From Deltaproteobacteria bacterium (GTDB taxonomy: Bacteria > Myxococcota_A > Polyangia > JACRCY01), in NCBI GenBank assembly GCA_016218785.1, contig JACRCY010000056.1, positions 1 to 35,979 of the forward strand: DNA of 35,979 nt. Direction: 5' to 3'. The notes below the pieces were generated by a model, which was not told where the DNA came from, did not search any database, and saw nothing but the letters and a program-made list of their open reading frames with translations. The position numbers and the translations under genes were made by a program. This document shows, in pieces, positions 23,144-32,015 of the stretch. How positions within the stretch are numbered: the first letter of the stretch is position 1; each line of letters starts with the position of its first letter.

Positions 23144-25007
23144 CGGCGCTCCGTGCTGGCGGTCTATCGGCCAGGCGCGCGGCGGCACCGGCCCGGCGCC
23201 TCGCTGGCGCCGCGCCCCCGGCCTTCTCGATCAGGAAGTCGCCGATCGCGAGCGCATCCATCCCGGTCCCGAAGAAGCAGCGCAGCGCATCGGCAGGGGA
23301 GCAGACGATCGGCTCGCCCTTGACGTTGAACGAGGTGTTGAGCACCGCCGGGATGCCCGTCAGGCGGCGGAAGCCGTCGATGAGGCTCCAGAAACGTGGG
23401 CTCGTCGCGCGGCTCACCGTCTGGGGGCGGGTGGTCTTGTCGACCGGCTGCATGGCGCTCACGATCTCGGGCGCCTTCGCCGGCACGACGTCGTAGGCGA
23501 CGATCATGAACGGCGCCGGGCCCGGCCGGCGCAGGTACTCGCCGGCGTGCTCCTCGAGGATCGAGAGCGCGAACGGCCGCCACGGCTCCCGGAACTTCGC
23601 GCGGTCGTTGACGAGGTCCTTCATCCCGGGGCGGCTCGGATCGGCCAGGATCGAGCGGCCCCCGAGCGCGCGGGGGCCGGCCTCCATGCGCCCCTGGAAC
23701 CAGCCCACGATCCGGCCCGCGGCCACCAGCCGCGCCGCGGTGGCGGCGATGTCGCGCGGCCGGCGGAACGGGATCTGGTTCCGACGGAGGACCGCCTCGA
23801 TCTCGGCGTCGCCGAAGTCGGGGCCCCAGTAGAGGTGATCCATGGTGAAGCGGCTGTCGTCGCCGCGCTCCAGGGCGAGGACCTGCGCGGCCCCCAGGGC
23901 CGAGCCGGCGTCGTGGGCCAGGGGCTGCACGAAGAGCCGGCGCGCGAGGCCCTGGCGGTGGATCTCGCCGTTCATCTTGCAGTTGAGCGCGACGCCGCCG
24001 GCGAGGCAGAGGTCGGGGCTGCCCGCCAGGCGCAAGGCGCGCCGGGCCAGGTGGATCGCGGCCTCCTCGAGCCGACGCTGCACGGCCCAGGCGATGGCGC
24101 GATGACGGTCGGTGATCGGGTCGTCGACGCCGCGCGGTGGTCCCAGCACCCTCACGATGGCGTCGCCGAAGCGCGTGCCGCGGCTCCGGCGCCCGTAGAA
24201 GAGCTGGCTCGCGTCCACCCGGAGCCCGGTCTCGGTCAGCGTGACCATCCGCTCCACGTGGCGGACGATGGCGGCGTCGGCGGCCCCGTACGGGGCGAGC
24301 CCCATCAGCTTGGTCTCCCCCTCGTTGGGGCTCCACCCGAGGTACTCGGTGAAGGCCGAGTAGAACCAGCCCAGCGAGTTGGGGACGTCGATCTCCTGCA
24401 GCAGCTCGAGCCGCCGGTCGGCGCCGCGCCAGATGGTGATGGCGTTCTCCTCGCCGTGCCCGTCGAAGACCAGCACGGCGCTGTCGGCGAAGCCGGACGA
24501 GTAGAAGGCGCTCGCGGCGTGGGCCCGGTGATGCTTCACGAAGACGATGGGGGGGACCCGAGCGGCGCCGTGGCCGGCGTCGCGCAGCCCGACGACGATC
24601 TTCTCGGTCAAGGCCCGGGGGTGGAAGCTGGCGAGGCTGCGGATGCCGGCGGCCACGGCCGAGCCCAGCGCCGGCCGACCCTCCTCCGGCGGCGCCGGGG
24701 GGACGGCGGTACCCGTCAGGCGCTGCCGCAGGAACGAGCCGGCGAGAAAGAGCGGAAAGCGCCAGCGATACGCGGTCGCGTCCCAGCCAAACGCGATGGC
24801 GTCGACGCCGTCGAGGCGGAGCCCGGCGCGCGCGAGGCAGAAGCGGACCGCGTGGCTGGGGAAGTAGCCCCAGGCCTGCTTGACGCGGACGAAGCGCTCT
24901 TCCTCGGCGAAGGCGACCAGCCGACCGTTCTGCAGCAGGCAGGCGGCGGGCTGGCCACCGGTATCCGACGCGATGAGGCCGAGTACGTTCACCGTGGCGG
25001 TCCGCAT
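23112..25007 (-). CDS. carbamoyltransferase (NodU/CmcH/TobZ family)
   Basis: VLGL...DTGGQPAACLL.NG, FVKHHRAHAASAFYSSGF, GETKLMGLAPYG, LAGGVALNCKMNG, QPLAHDAGSALGAA, GRMEAGPRALGGRSILADP and NTSFNVKGEPIV. Its 3' end overlaps the next gene's start by 32 nt. Confidence 0.9.
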   Translation of the reverse strand: MRTATVNVLGLIASDTGGQPAACLLQNGRLVAFAEEERFVRVKQAWGYFPSHAVRFCLARAGLRLDGVDAIAFGWDATAYRWRFPLFLAGSFLRQRLTGTAVPPAPPEEGRPALGSAVAAGIRSLASFHPRALTEKIVVGLRDAGHGAARVPPIVFVKHHRAHAASAFYSSGFADSAVLVFDGHGEENAITIWRGADRRLELLQEIDVPNSLGWFYSAFTEYLGWSPNEGETKLMGLAPYGAADAAIVRHVERMVTLTETGLRVDASQLFYGRRSRGTRFGDAIVRVLGPPRGVDDPITDRHRAIAWAVQRRLEEAAIHLARRALRLAGSPDLCLAGGVALNCKMNGEIHRQGLARRLFVQPLAHDAGSALGAAQVLALERGDDSRFTMDHLYWGPDFGDAEIEAVLRRNQIPFRRPRDIAATAARLVAAGRIVGWFQGRMEAGPRALGGRSILADPSRPGMKDLVNDRAKFREPWRPFALSILEEHAGEYLRRPGPAPFMIVAYDVVPAKAPEIVSAMQPVDKTTRPQTVSRATSPRFWSLIDGFRRLTGIPAVLNTSFNVKGEPIVCSPADALRCFFGTGMDALAIGDFLIEKAGGAAPARRRAGAAARLADRPPARSADVRNPRNRHR

Positions 25008-25257
25008 ATCGAGTCTACCGACGGTGCGCAGCCCATGTCAAACACACGCCCCGGGCTGGCAGGGTGGACGGCGTCGTTCGGCGCCGTTCCGGGGGATTTG
25101 TGATTCCCTCGCGGCACGTCTATCATGGCAACGAGTCGACGTTGGCCGGGCGGCTGAGACAGAGTCAGGGGGCCCCGCCAGCGGGGACCGTGGGAGACGA
25201 GTGACGCCGGGGAGTTGTCCGGCGCCGGTTTCGGGGCTTGGTTGTTGGGGGTTGGAG

Positions 25258-26982
25258 ATGGCGATGCACGCCCGCCGGGTCGCTCTCCTTTGTCAGAGCC
25301 CGCTCGAGGACGAGGGGATCTCGAGCATCAGCTACGCCGCGTACCGGCTGCAGGCCGCGCTCCTCGCGTCACCACGCCTCGCCGGCCTCGAGGTGCGTCT
25401 GATCGAGCTGCCCAGCGGCGACGTCGAGGGGTTCGTGTCGCAGGTCGAGGCCTTCGACCCGGACATCGTGGGGGCGTCGGTGTACGTCTGGTCGTTTCCG
25501 GCCCTGATCGAGGTGGCACGGCGGCTCCGGCGTGCGCGCCCCGAGACGCTGCTCGTCCTGGGGGGCCCGTCGGCCCGGCCGGAGATGTTCGACGCGCCGC
25601 GCTTCGCCGACGCGCGCTCCTGCGTCGACGCCATGGTCGTCGGCGAGGGGGAGGAGGTGGCGGTGGACATCGTCGCCATCGCCGGACGGCGGCGGGAGAA
25701 GCTCGCGGAGGTCGCCGGGCTCCTCCTCCCGGCCGCGAACGGCTGGCGGCCGACCGCGCCGCGGACGGAGCGCGCCCACCCCGATCACCTCCCGTCCCCG
25801 TACCAGATGGGGCTCGTGCCGCACGGCCGCAAGGGGAGGCTGGAGACCTTCCGCGGCTGCCCCATCGGGTGCACCTTCTGCCAGGTCTCCAGCACCGACC
25901 CGATCTGCCGCGTCCACTCGAAGGAGCACCTGGTCCGGGAGCTCGGCGCGCTGCGCGCGTCGGAGCCCAACCGCGTCTTCCTCATCGACGCCGCCATCAA
26001 CCTCAGCCCGCAAGCCTTCAGGAACCTGCGCGACGCCGAGCGCGAGGTGGGCCTCTTCCAGGAGCAGGAGCTGCTGATGGAGGTCTTCCCGTCGCGCCTC
26101 ACCAGGGCGCACCTCGACTTCCTGCACCACATCCGCTCCTGCCGGATCGCCATCGGCATCCAGTCGTTCACCCCGTCGGCGCTGGCGTACCTGCGCCGCC
26201 CGTTCGACGAGAGGAAGTTCGAGCAGGTGGCCCGCGCCGTGGCGGGATTGGACGTGAGCCTCGAGCTGGTGATGGGCCTGCCGTTCGATGATCCACGCGC
26301 CTTCCTCGAGGGGGTGGATCGGTTGATCGACCGGCGCTTCTCGGTGCTGATCAGCCACTGCCTGGTGCTGCCCGACACGTTCCGGCGGCCCGGCATGCCG
26401 GAGGCCAACCTGCGCTTCGAGGAGGACACGCTGCGGATGATCTCGTGCGCCGGCTGGCCCGAGGAGACGCTCCGGGAGACGCGCGCCCGGCTGGACGACA
26501 GGGCCCGGGAGCTCGGCGGGCGGATCGCGGCCTTCTCCTGGGAGTTCTTCGCCCCATCGGGCGGGCACCGCGTGGCGCCGGCCGGCTCGCCGGGACGCGG
26601 GCAGCGCTCCGGGGAGGGCCCGCCACCGGGCGGCTCGTCCGGTAGCGTCGAGGCCCGTCCGCCGGGCGCCGTGGCCAGGCTCCCGCGGGCGCTCGAGCGC
26701 GCGCTGGAGGTCGCCGTCGAGCAGGCCAGCGGTGGCCAGTGGCGCCTCGACCGCGCCACGCTCGACGAGGAGGCGCTGGTGGCGAGGGTGAAGACGCCGG
26801 GGGGCGACCTGGTGGTGGAGGCCCGCCGGGCGCAGCCCGGCGCGCGGAGCTACCGCGAGCTGGACGGGGTGGCCTGGAGCTACCGGCTGGTCGGCGACGT
26901 GCCCGCGGAAGCCGTGCTCCGCCAGTTCGACCGGGTCATCGCCGAGCTGCGACTCCTCATGTCGCGGGTGCTCAAGCGCTAG
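25258..26982 (+). CDS. B12-binding-domain radical SAM protein (class B) with a C-terminal shared accessory domain
   Basis: N-terminal Rossmann/B12-like part (VALLCQSP..DIVGASVYVWSF..LLVLGGP..VVGEGE). ETFRGCPIGCTFCQV, then IGIQSFTPSALAYLRRP and LVMGLPFDD. Shared-domain copy at 26689-26979. ATG 25258 preceded by GGAG. Confidence 0.85.
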   Translation: MAMHARRVALLCQSPLEDEGISSISYAAYRLQAALLASPRLAGLEVRLIELPSGDVEGFVSQVEAFDPDIVGASVYVWSFPALIEVARRLRRARPETLLVLGGPSARPEMFDAPRFADARSCVDAMVVGEGEEVAVDIVAIAGRRREKLAEVAGLLLPAANGWRPTAPRTERAHPDHLPSPYQMGLVPHGRKGRLETFRGCPIGCTFCQVSSTDPICRVHSKEHLVRELGALRASEPNRVFLIDAAINLSPQAFRNLRDAEREVGLFQEQELLMEVFPSRLTRAHLDFLHHIRSCRIAIGIQSFTPSALAYLRRPFDERKFEQVARAVAGLDVSLELVMGLPFDDPRAFLEGVDRLIDRRFSVLISHCLVLPDTFRRPGMPEANLRFEEDTLRMISCAGWPEETLRETRARLDDRARELGGRIAAFSWEFFAPSGGHRVAPAGSPGRGQRSGEGPPPGGSSGSVEARPPGAVARLPRALERALEVAVEQASGGQWRLDRATLDEEALVARVKTPGGDLVVEARRAQPGARSYRELDGVAWSYRLVGDVPAEAVLRQFDRVIAELRLLMSRVLKR

Positions 26983-26997
26983 GCCAGACGTGGCCTA
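26980..26997. terminator. perfect 7-bp inverted repeat that contains both convergent stop codons
   Basis: TAGGCCA-GACG-TGGCCTA. TAG 26980-26982 is the stop of the + gene and CTA 26995-26997 is the stop (TAG) of the - gene. The two genes are only 12 nt apart. Confidence 0.35.
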
Positions 26998-28242
26998 CAG
27001 TCGCTTGCCCGCCAGCTGCTTCGAGAGGACGGCGATCTCGGGCTCGCTCACCTCCGCCGGCAGCTCGACCCACTGCAAGGTGCGGCACTCCGGCCGGTAG
27101 CTCCGCACCGCCTGCGCGGACATCGAGCGCACGATCTCGCAGCGGCGGGCCCGCTCCTCGGGGCCGAACTCGTCCTTCATGGTGAAGGCCCGGGTGTTCT
27201 CGTGCCGGCCGAAGACCACCAGGTTCCAGTGGTCGAAGAGCTCGACCAGCTTCAGCGAGGCCTCGAACTCCTCTCGGGTCTCGGTGGGGTAGGCGATCAC
27301 GAAGTCGGTCTCGATCCGCAGCTTCGGCGCCGCCTGCCGCAGCTCCCTGACGACCCGCAGGAAGTCCGCGACGCGGTACTTCCGGTTCATGGTCTTGAGC
27401 ACGCGGTCACTGCCGGATTCGATGGGCAGGTAGATCCAGTCGATCCGGCACTTCTCGAAGTACGGCTTGAGCCGCGGGAAGTGCTTGATGAACCGTGACG
27501 GCTCGAGCGCCTTGAGCCCCACGCCGAGGTCGGGCCGTCCCTTGAACGGCCCGGAGAAGAGGGCGGCGAAGAGGTCCGTGACGTCGCAGCCCAGGTCGTG
27601 GCCGTACGAGCAGACGTCGGTCGCCCCGATGAGGAAGTTCTTGTACCCCTTGCGCACCCCCTCCCGGCACCGTGCCACGACCTCGGCGAGCGGCACGCTG
27701 TGGACCTTGGGGAAGAGGTTCTTCTCCAGGCAGTAGTGGCAGCGGCTCAGACAGCCGGTCGCCACCAGCACGCTGTACGGCCGGTCGAAGACCGCCTTCT
27801 CGTTGCCCAGCGACCGGACCTCCTGGTCCTCCTCGGCCGTGCTGACCGGCGACACGTCGCGCAGCCGGACGGCGGGCTCGAACAGCGCGTCGAAGTCGTC
27901 CCGCCGCGACATGGCGACGTAGGTCACGTTGGGCGCGTCGACCAGGTCCTCCTCGACGAAGCAGCCCGTGACGATGATCCGCTTCTTCGGGTGGCGCCGC
28001 ACGAGGTACTCCACCGTGGCCACGACCCCGCGCCGGTACTCCACGAGGATGCTGCAGGAGACCAGGATGATGCAGTCCGCCGACTCGGCGTCCGTGAACG
28101 CCCAGCGGTTCTCCACCACGTAGTTGTGGAGCTGCGTGGCGAGGTCGAGGTTGGCCGGGCAGCCGAGCTGCCGGCTGCAGAGGAAGACGGAGCGCGGCTT
28201 CCCCTGGCCGCCGCGCCCCTCGGGCCCGGGCGCACGGGTCAC
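26995..28242 (-). CDS. methylthiotransferase-like radical SAM protein (MiaB/RimO-type N-terminal domain, no TRAM domain), paralog 2
   Basis: UPF0004-like N-domain Cys (FLCSRQLGCPANL, LVSCSI, VTGCFV). rSAM motif VATGCLSRCHYCLE. PIESGSDRVLKTMNRKY and FVIAYPTETREEF. GTG 28242 overlaps the upstream stop (GTGA). Confidence 0.8.
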   Translation of the reverse strand: MTRAPGPEGRGGQGKPRSVFLCSRQLGCPANLDLATQLHNYVVENRWAFTDAESADCIILVSCSILVEYRRGVVATVEYLVRRHPKKRIIVTGCFVEEDLVDAPNVTYVAMSRRDDFDALFEPAVRLRDVSPVSTAEEDQEVRSLGNEKAVFDRPYSVLVATGCLSRCHYCLEKNLFPKVHSVPLAEVVARCREGVRKGYKNFLIGATDVCSYGHDLGCDVTDLFAALFSGPFKGRPDLGVGLKALEPSRFIKHFPRLKPYFEKCRIDWIYLPIESGSDRVLKTMNRKYRVADFLRVVRELRQAAPKLRIETDFVIAYPTETREEFEASLKLVELFDHWNLVVFGRHENTRAFTMKDEFGPEERARRCEIVRSMSAQAVRSYRPECRTLQWVELPAEVSEPEIAVLSKQLAGKRL

Positions 28243-29453
28243 TTCGGCACCTCGAGGACGGCGAACCCCTGGCCGCCGAGCGGCGAGGGCAGGCTGATGT
28301 CGATCCGCGAGCGGCACTCCGGGCGCTCGTGCTCGGCCTGGTTCTGCTGGAGGGACTCCATCACCCGGCGCCGGCGCTCCGCCTCCTCGTCGGTGAAGAC
28401 CCGCTTCAGCGTGGCGGCCTTCGTGTCGTCGTGCAGCTCGAACGGCAGCATCTGCACGTGGTCGAAGTACTCGAGCATCCTCATCGACGCTTCGAAGTCC
28501 GCCGCCGTCTCGGTCGGGAAGCAGATGATGAGGTCGGTCTCGATCCGCAGGGCGGGCGCCACCTGCCGCAGCTCCTTGATGACCTTGATCACGTCCGCGA
28601 TCTTGTACTTCCGATTCATGCTGCGCAGCACGCTGTCGCTGCCGGACTGGACGGGCAGGCAGAGCCAGCTCACCCGGCCCGACTCGAAGGTGGCCTTGAG
28701 CCGATCGAAGTACCTGATGAACCGCGAGGGCTCGAAGCCCTTGAACCCGACGATGAGATCCGATCGGCCCGCGAACGCCTTCGTGAACAGCGCGTCGAAG
28801 AGATCCGTCACGTCGCAGCCCAGGTCGTGGCCGTACGAGCCGACGTCCGAGGCCCCGATGACGAAGTTGGTGTACCCCTGGCGCAGCCCCTCCTGGCACT
28901 GGGACACGATCTCGTCGAGCGGCACGCTCTTGACCGTGGCGAACACGCTCTTGCCGATGCAGAACGCGCAGTGGTTCAGACACCCCGCCGCGACCATGAC
29001 GTTGAACGGCCGGGTGGCCGCGGCCCGGCCGGCGCCGAGTGCCTTCACCTCGCGATTGTCCTCGACGGTGGCCCCGGACGGGATGCGGCGCAGCGGGACG
29101 GTGGGGTGGAAGATCGCGTCGAACTCGTCGGCCTTCTCCAGCGGGATGTAGACCAGGTTGGGCGCCTCGACCGCGTCCCGCTTCGCGAAGCAGCAGGTGA
29201 CGACGACCTGCTTCGATGGATAGCGCTGCGCGAAGTACTCGGCCGCGGCCTTCACCGACTGCCGCCACTCCGGGAGCGTGCTGCAGGCGACGATGATGAT
29301 GTAGTCCGCCGCCTCGATGTCCCGGAACTCCCACTTGTTCTGCACCACGTAGTTGTGGAGCCGCGTGGCGAGGGACAGGTTGATCGGGCACCCCGGCTCC
29401 CTGGTGCACATGAACACGCCGGGGGTCTTGGTGCTACGGGCGCGCTTCTTCAC
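28239..29453 (-). CDS. methylthiotransferase-like radical SAM protein (no TRAM domain), paralog 1
   Basis: FMCTREPGCPINL, IVACST and VTCCFA. rSAM motif VAAGCLNHCAFCIG, then PVQSGSDSVLRSMNRKY and LIICFPTETAADF. Collinear with its neighbour at both protein and DNA level. GTG 29453 overlaps the upstream gene by 20 nt; ATG 29411 is an alternative start. Confidence 0.8.
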   Translation of the reverse strand: MKKRARSTKTPGVFMCTREPGCPINLSLATRLHNYVVQNKWEFRDIEAADYIIIVACSTLPEWRQSVKAAAEYFAQRYPSKQVVVTCCFAKRDAVEAPNLVYIPLEKADEFDAIFHPTVPLRRIPSGATVEDNREVKALGAGRAAATRPFNVMVAAGCLNHCAFCIGKSVFATVKSVPLDEIVSQCQEGLRQGYTNFVIGASDVGSYGHDLGCDVTDLFDALFTKAFAGRSDLIVGFKGFEPSRFIRYFDRLKATFESGRVSWLCLPVQSGSDSVLRSMNRKYKIADVIKVIKELRQVAPALRIETDLIICFPTETAADFEASMRMLEYFDHVQMLPFELHDDTKAATLKRVFTDEEAERRRRVMESLQQNQAEHERPECRSRIDISLPSPLGGQGFAVLEVPK

Positions 29454-30525
29454 TGGCGACGGGCTCCCACGCGGCGACGAGCGACTGGACCTTGGCGTCG
29501 GCGTATTGCTCCAGCACCCCCGGGCAGTAGAGCCCGTGAGGGCAGATCGCGCACTTCGACCAGTAGGCGGCGGCGTCGCGCAGCTGCGAGCGCTCCACCG
29601 TACCGCTGTCGATGTCCACCTTCCACTCGGCCGCGTACAGCTCCGCGACGTGCTGCTCGTGGCCAGGGAGCAGGCACGGCGGGAAGCCGAACGTGAAGGC
29701 GGCCACGCCCACCTTGCACGCCCGCTGGAGCGCCTTGACGGTGAGCTTCGCCGCCTCGGGCATGCTCAGCGTCAGGGCCCGCTGCTCCGGGCCCTCCCGG
29801 GCGGGCTTCTGCAGCACGCACAGCATGACGCCGACGGGCTTCTGGTAGCGGACCTGCAGCTTGTCGACCTCCTCCATGTAGCCCGGCAGGAGCCTGGCGT
29901 TCTGCGCGGTGATGACCGCCGACACCAGCACCTCGACCGGCGGCGCCGCGAGGGCGTGGTGCAGCCCGGCCAGCGCCTTGCTGAGGGAGGCGCGGCCGCC
30001 GTAGAGCGGCTCCTGGACCTTCGGGTCGAACGCGTCGAGCGAGGTGCAGACCGCGTTGATGCCCGCGTCGAAGAGGCGGGCCGCGAAGTCGCCGTCGTGC
30101 AGCTTGATGCCGTTGGTGCACAGCATCTGGCACGTGAAGCCGCGCGATTTCGCGTGGCGGACGACGCGCTCGAACGCGGGGTGGATCGCCGGCTCGCCCC
30201 CCATGTAGCCGATGCCGCGGTGGCCGAGCCGGGCCAGCCCGTCGACGAGCCGGCAGAGCGACGCCTCCGGCTGCAGCGGCGGGCCGTCGGCGCCCACGCA
30301 GCAGTAGACGCACGAGAGATCACAGGCGCTGCCGGTCCGGATGATGGGGCTGCCCCGGCACAGCAGCTCGACGGCGGCCCGCACCGCGGCGTCGTGCGGC
30401 AGGCGGTCGAGGCTCCCGTTCATGGCCAGCAGGGGGATGGGGGGCGGCAGGTCGGGCCCCGGGCCCCTCGACTCGACGCCACGCTCCCCGGGGGGGCAGG
30501 AACTCTCGTCGGCGTTCCTGGCCAT
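29434..30525 (-). CDS. radical SAM protein (short, CxxCx5C tail)
   Basis: RTGSACDLSCVYCCV, YMGGEPAIHP and C-terminal CAICPHGLYCPGVLEQY. ATG 30525; ATG 30423 is an alternative start. Only the distal part of track ORF 29434..32121 is coding. Confidence 0.8.
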   Translation of the reverse strand: MARNADESSCPPGERGVESRGPGPDLPPPIPLLAMNGSLDRLPHDAAVRAAVELLCRGSPIIRTGSACDLSCVYCCVGADGPPLQPEASLCRLVDGLARLGHRGIGYMGGEPAIHPAFERVVRHAKSRGFTCQMLCTNGIKLHDGDFAARLFDAGINAVCTSLDAFDPKVQEPLYGGRASLSKALAGLHHALAAPPVEVLVSAVITAQNARLLPGYMEEVDKLQVRYQKPVGVMLCVLQKPAREGPEQRALTLSMPEAAKLTVKALQRACKVGVAAFTFGFPPCLLPGHEQHVAELYAAEWKVDIDSGTVERSQLRDAAAYWSKCAICPHGLYCPGVLEQYADAKVQSLVAAWEPVASEEARP

Positions 30526-30599
30526 GTCCCGGAAGTATACGCCCCGACCGAGACGTCGCAAGGCACGGCCGCGCCGGGCGTTCCCCGTCGCCGGGAGCC

Positions 30600-32015
30600 T
30601 CAGGCGCGCGGGCGCTGGAGCCAGCCGACGAGGTTCGCGATGAGCCGGGCGATCCGCGGCGTCAGCGCCGTCCCCGCATACGACAGGCCGAGGTTCCCAC
30701 TCCGCGCGTAGCAGCTCGCGGCCCGGTCGACCTTGGCCACGGTGACGCGGGAGGTGCCGTCGGGCTGGGCGTCGTCCGGGAAGACGAGCTCCAGACGGTC
30801 GCCGGCCCACCGCAGGTCGATACCCTTGCCGGCGAGGGCTTCCGCCATGCCGAGCAGGCGCGCACCGTCGGGGTCGCCGGCGTCGGGTTTCGTCCCTGCC
30901 GCGGCGGGAGGCGGGGCCGCGCCGCCCGCGAGCGAACCGTCCGGGACCGGCACCGCGTCCCGCGCAGGGGCCTGGAAGCGAGCCGCCGCCGCGAGATCGT
31001 CGAGCGTGACCCGTCGGGGCCGCGAGCGGCCCGGCTTCGCGCGCGCGAGGTCGTCGCGGAAGTAGCACAGGTACGTGCTGTCGCACAGGAGGGGGGTGTC
31101 CTTCAAGGCTCGGGCGCGCTCGGCGACGACCTCCGCGGGGTCGCCCCCCTCGACCCAGTCCAGCACCGTCCGCACGAGTCTCAAGCCGCCGAGCCGGAGC
31201 GCGGTCGAGTACTCCCGCCCCGGCACCTTGACGTAGCCGACGCCCGCGGCCTTCAGGCCGGCGAGGGCGCACACGCCGCACGGGCCGTTGGGGATGCCCT
31301 GGGGCGAGACCGTGCCGCCGGGATGGTCGAGGAGGCCCATGAGGTGCCGGTAGGCCCTCCAGTTCTCCTCCCACCCCGCAACCGGCTCCGGCCCGACCTC
31401 CGGGCGCCAGTCCATCTGACACATCGGCCCGAAAGGTCGGTGCACGTTCAGGCAGAGGCCCTCCTCGAAGCCGCACCCGTCGTTGATGACGAAGACTTCG
31501 TAGTCCACGGGCACGCCCGCCGCGCACAGGCGGGCTATCTGCCGGGTCGACAGGTACCGCGGGAGGATCACGCGCTGGATGCCGATATCGGCGAAGAAGG
31601 CGGCGGCCTCGGAGTTGTAGCAGGTGGCCACGCTGGAGAGGTGGAGGTCGACGGCTATGCCGGCGCGCCGGATCGCGAGGATCAGCGCGAGGTCGGTGAC
31701 GATCAGGGCGCGAGCGCCCGCGGCCACCAGCGTACCGGCCAGCTCCACCAGGGTCGGGATCAGCGCCGGGGCGTAGGCATGCTCGTTGAGCGTCACGGCC
31801 ACCGGGACGTTCTTCGCGGCGGCGCGCTTCACGACGCCCGCGAGCTCGGCGAGGTCGGCGAAGTTGGCGCCCGGCTCGTAGCGACGGTTCAGCCGGGATC
31901 GCCCGAGCCCGTCCACGAAGGCCTCGGGCACGACGCCGCAGAAGAGCTCGTCGGCTCCGGCCTCGATCAGGGGCTCCACCTCCTGCGCCGTCGCGAGGCC
32001 GGTCACGATCTTCAT
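30600..32015 (-). CDS. peptidase U32 family protein, UbiU-like, with a C-terminal shared accessory domain
   Basis: MKIVTGLATAQEVEPLIEAGADELFCG, VTLNEHAY, LIVTDLALI, LHLSSVATCYN and RVILPRYLS. U32 signature core EVFVINDGCGFEEGLCLNV (C-x4-G-x-C), plus further Cys (PMC, GPCGVC). ATG 32015 overlaps the upstream stop (ATGA). Shared-domain copy at 30603-30863. Confidence 0.78.
   Translation of the reverse strand: MKIVTGLATAQEVEPLIEAGADELFCGVVPEAFVDGLGRSRLNRRYEPGANFADLAELAGVVKRAAAKNVPVAVTLNEHAYAPALIPTLVELAGTLVAAGARALIVTDLALILAIRRAGIAVDLHLSSVATCYNSEAAAFFADIGIQRVILPRYLSTRQIARLCAAGVPVDYEVFVINDGCGFEEGLCLNVHRPFGPMCQMDWRPEVGPEPVAGWEENWRAYRHLMGLLDHPGGTVSPQGIPNGPCGVCALAGLKAAGVGYVKVPGREYSTALRLGGLRLVRTVLDWVEGGDPAEVVAERARALKDTPLLCDSTYLCYFRDDLARAKPGRSRPRRVTLDDLAAAARFQAPARDAVPVPDGSLAGGAAPPPAAAGTKPDAGDPDGARLLGMAEALAGKGIDLRWAGDRLELVFPDDAQPDGTSRVTVAKVDRAASCYARSGNLGLSYAGTALTPRIARLIANLVGWLQRPRA

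Noticed and set aside
25035-25103. 22-aa ORF (MSNTRPGLAGWTASFGAVPGDL) in the divergent intergenic region upstream of the B12-rSAM gene, considered as a possible precursor peptide
   Set aside because: There is no convincing RBS. Several A/T third positions are atypical for this genome's coding regions. There are no Cys or repeat features, and it is merely the tail of a long spurious ORF. It cannot be supported from sequence alone, but is worth a look in Ribo-seq or proteomics. No other convincing precursor or carrier gene was found in the window.
25104-25257. Possible cobalamin or SAM riboswitch in the ~150-nt structured leader of the B12-binding rSAM gene
   Set aside because: Only short GC hairpins were seen (for example CCCCGC-CA-GCGGGG). 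I found no B12-box-like GCCACTG core (the sequence reads GCCAGCG) and no recognisable conserved junctions. An Infernal/Rfam scan would be needed.
26995-29453. Annotating the two methylthiotransferase-like genes as miaB or rimO
   Set aside because: No TRAM-like C-terminal domain is visible. They are tandem paralogs inside a biosynthetic island. Gene symbols are therefore withheld.
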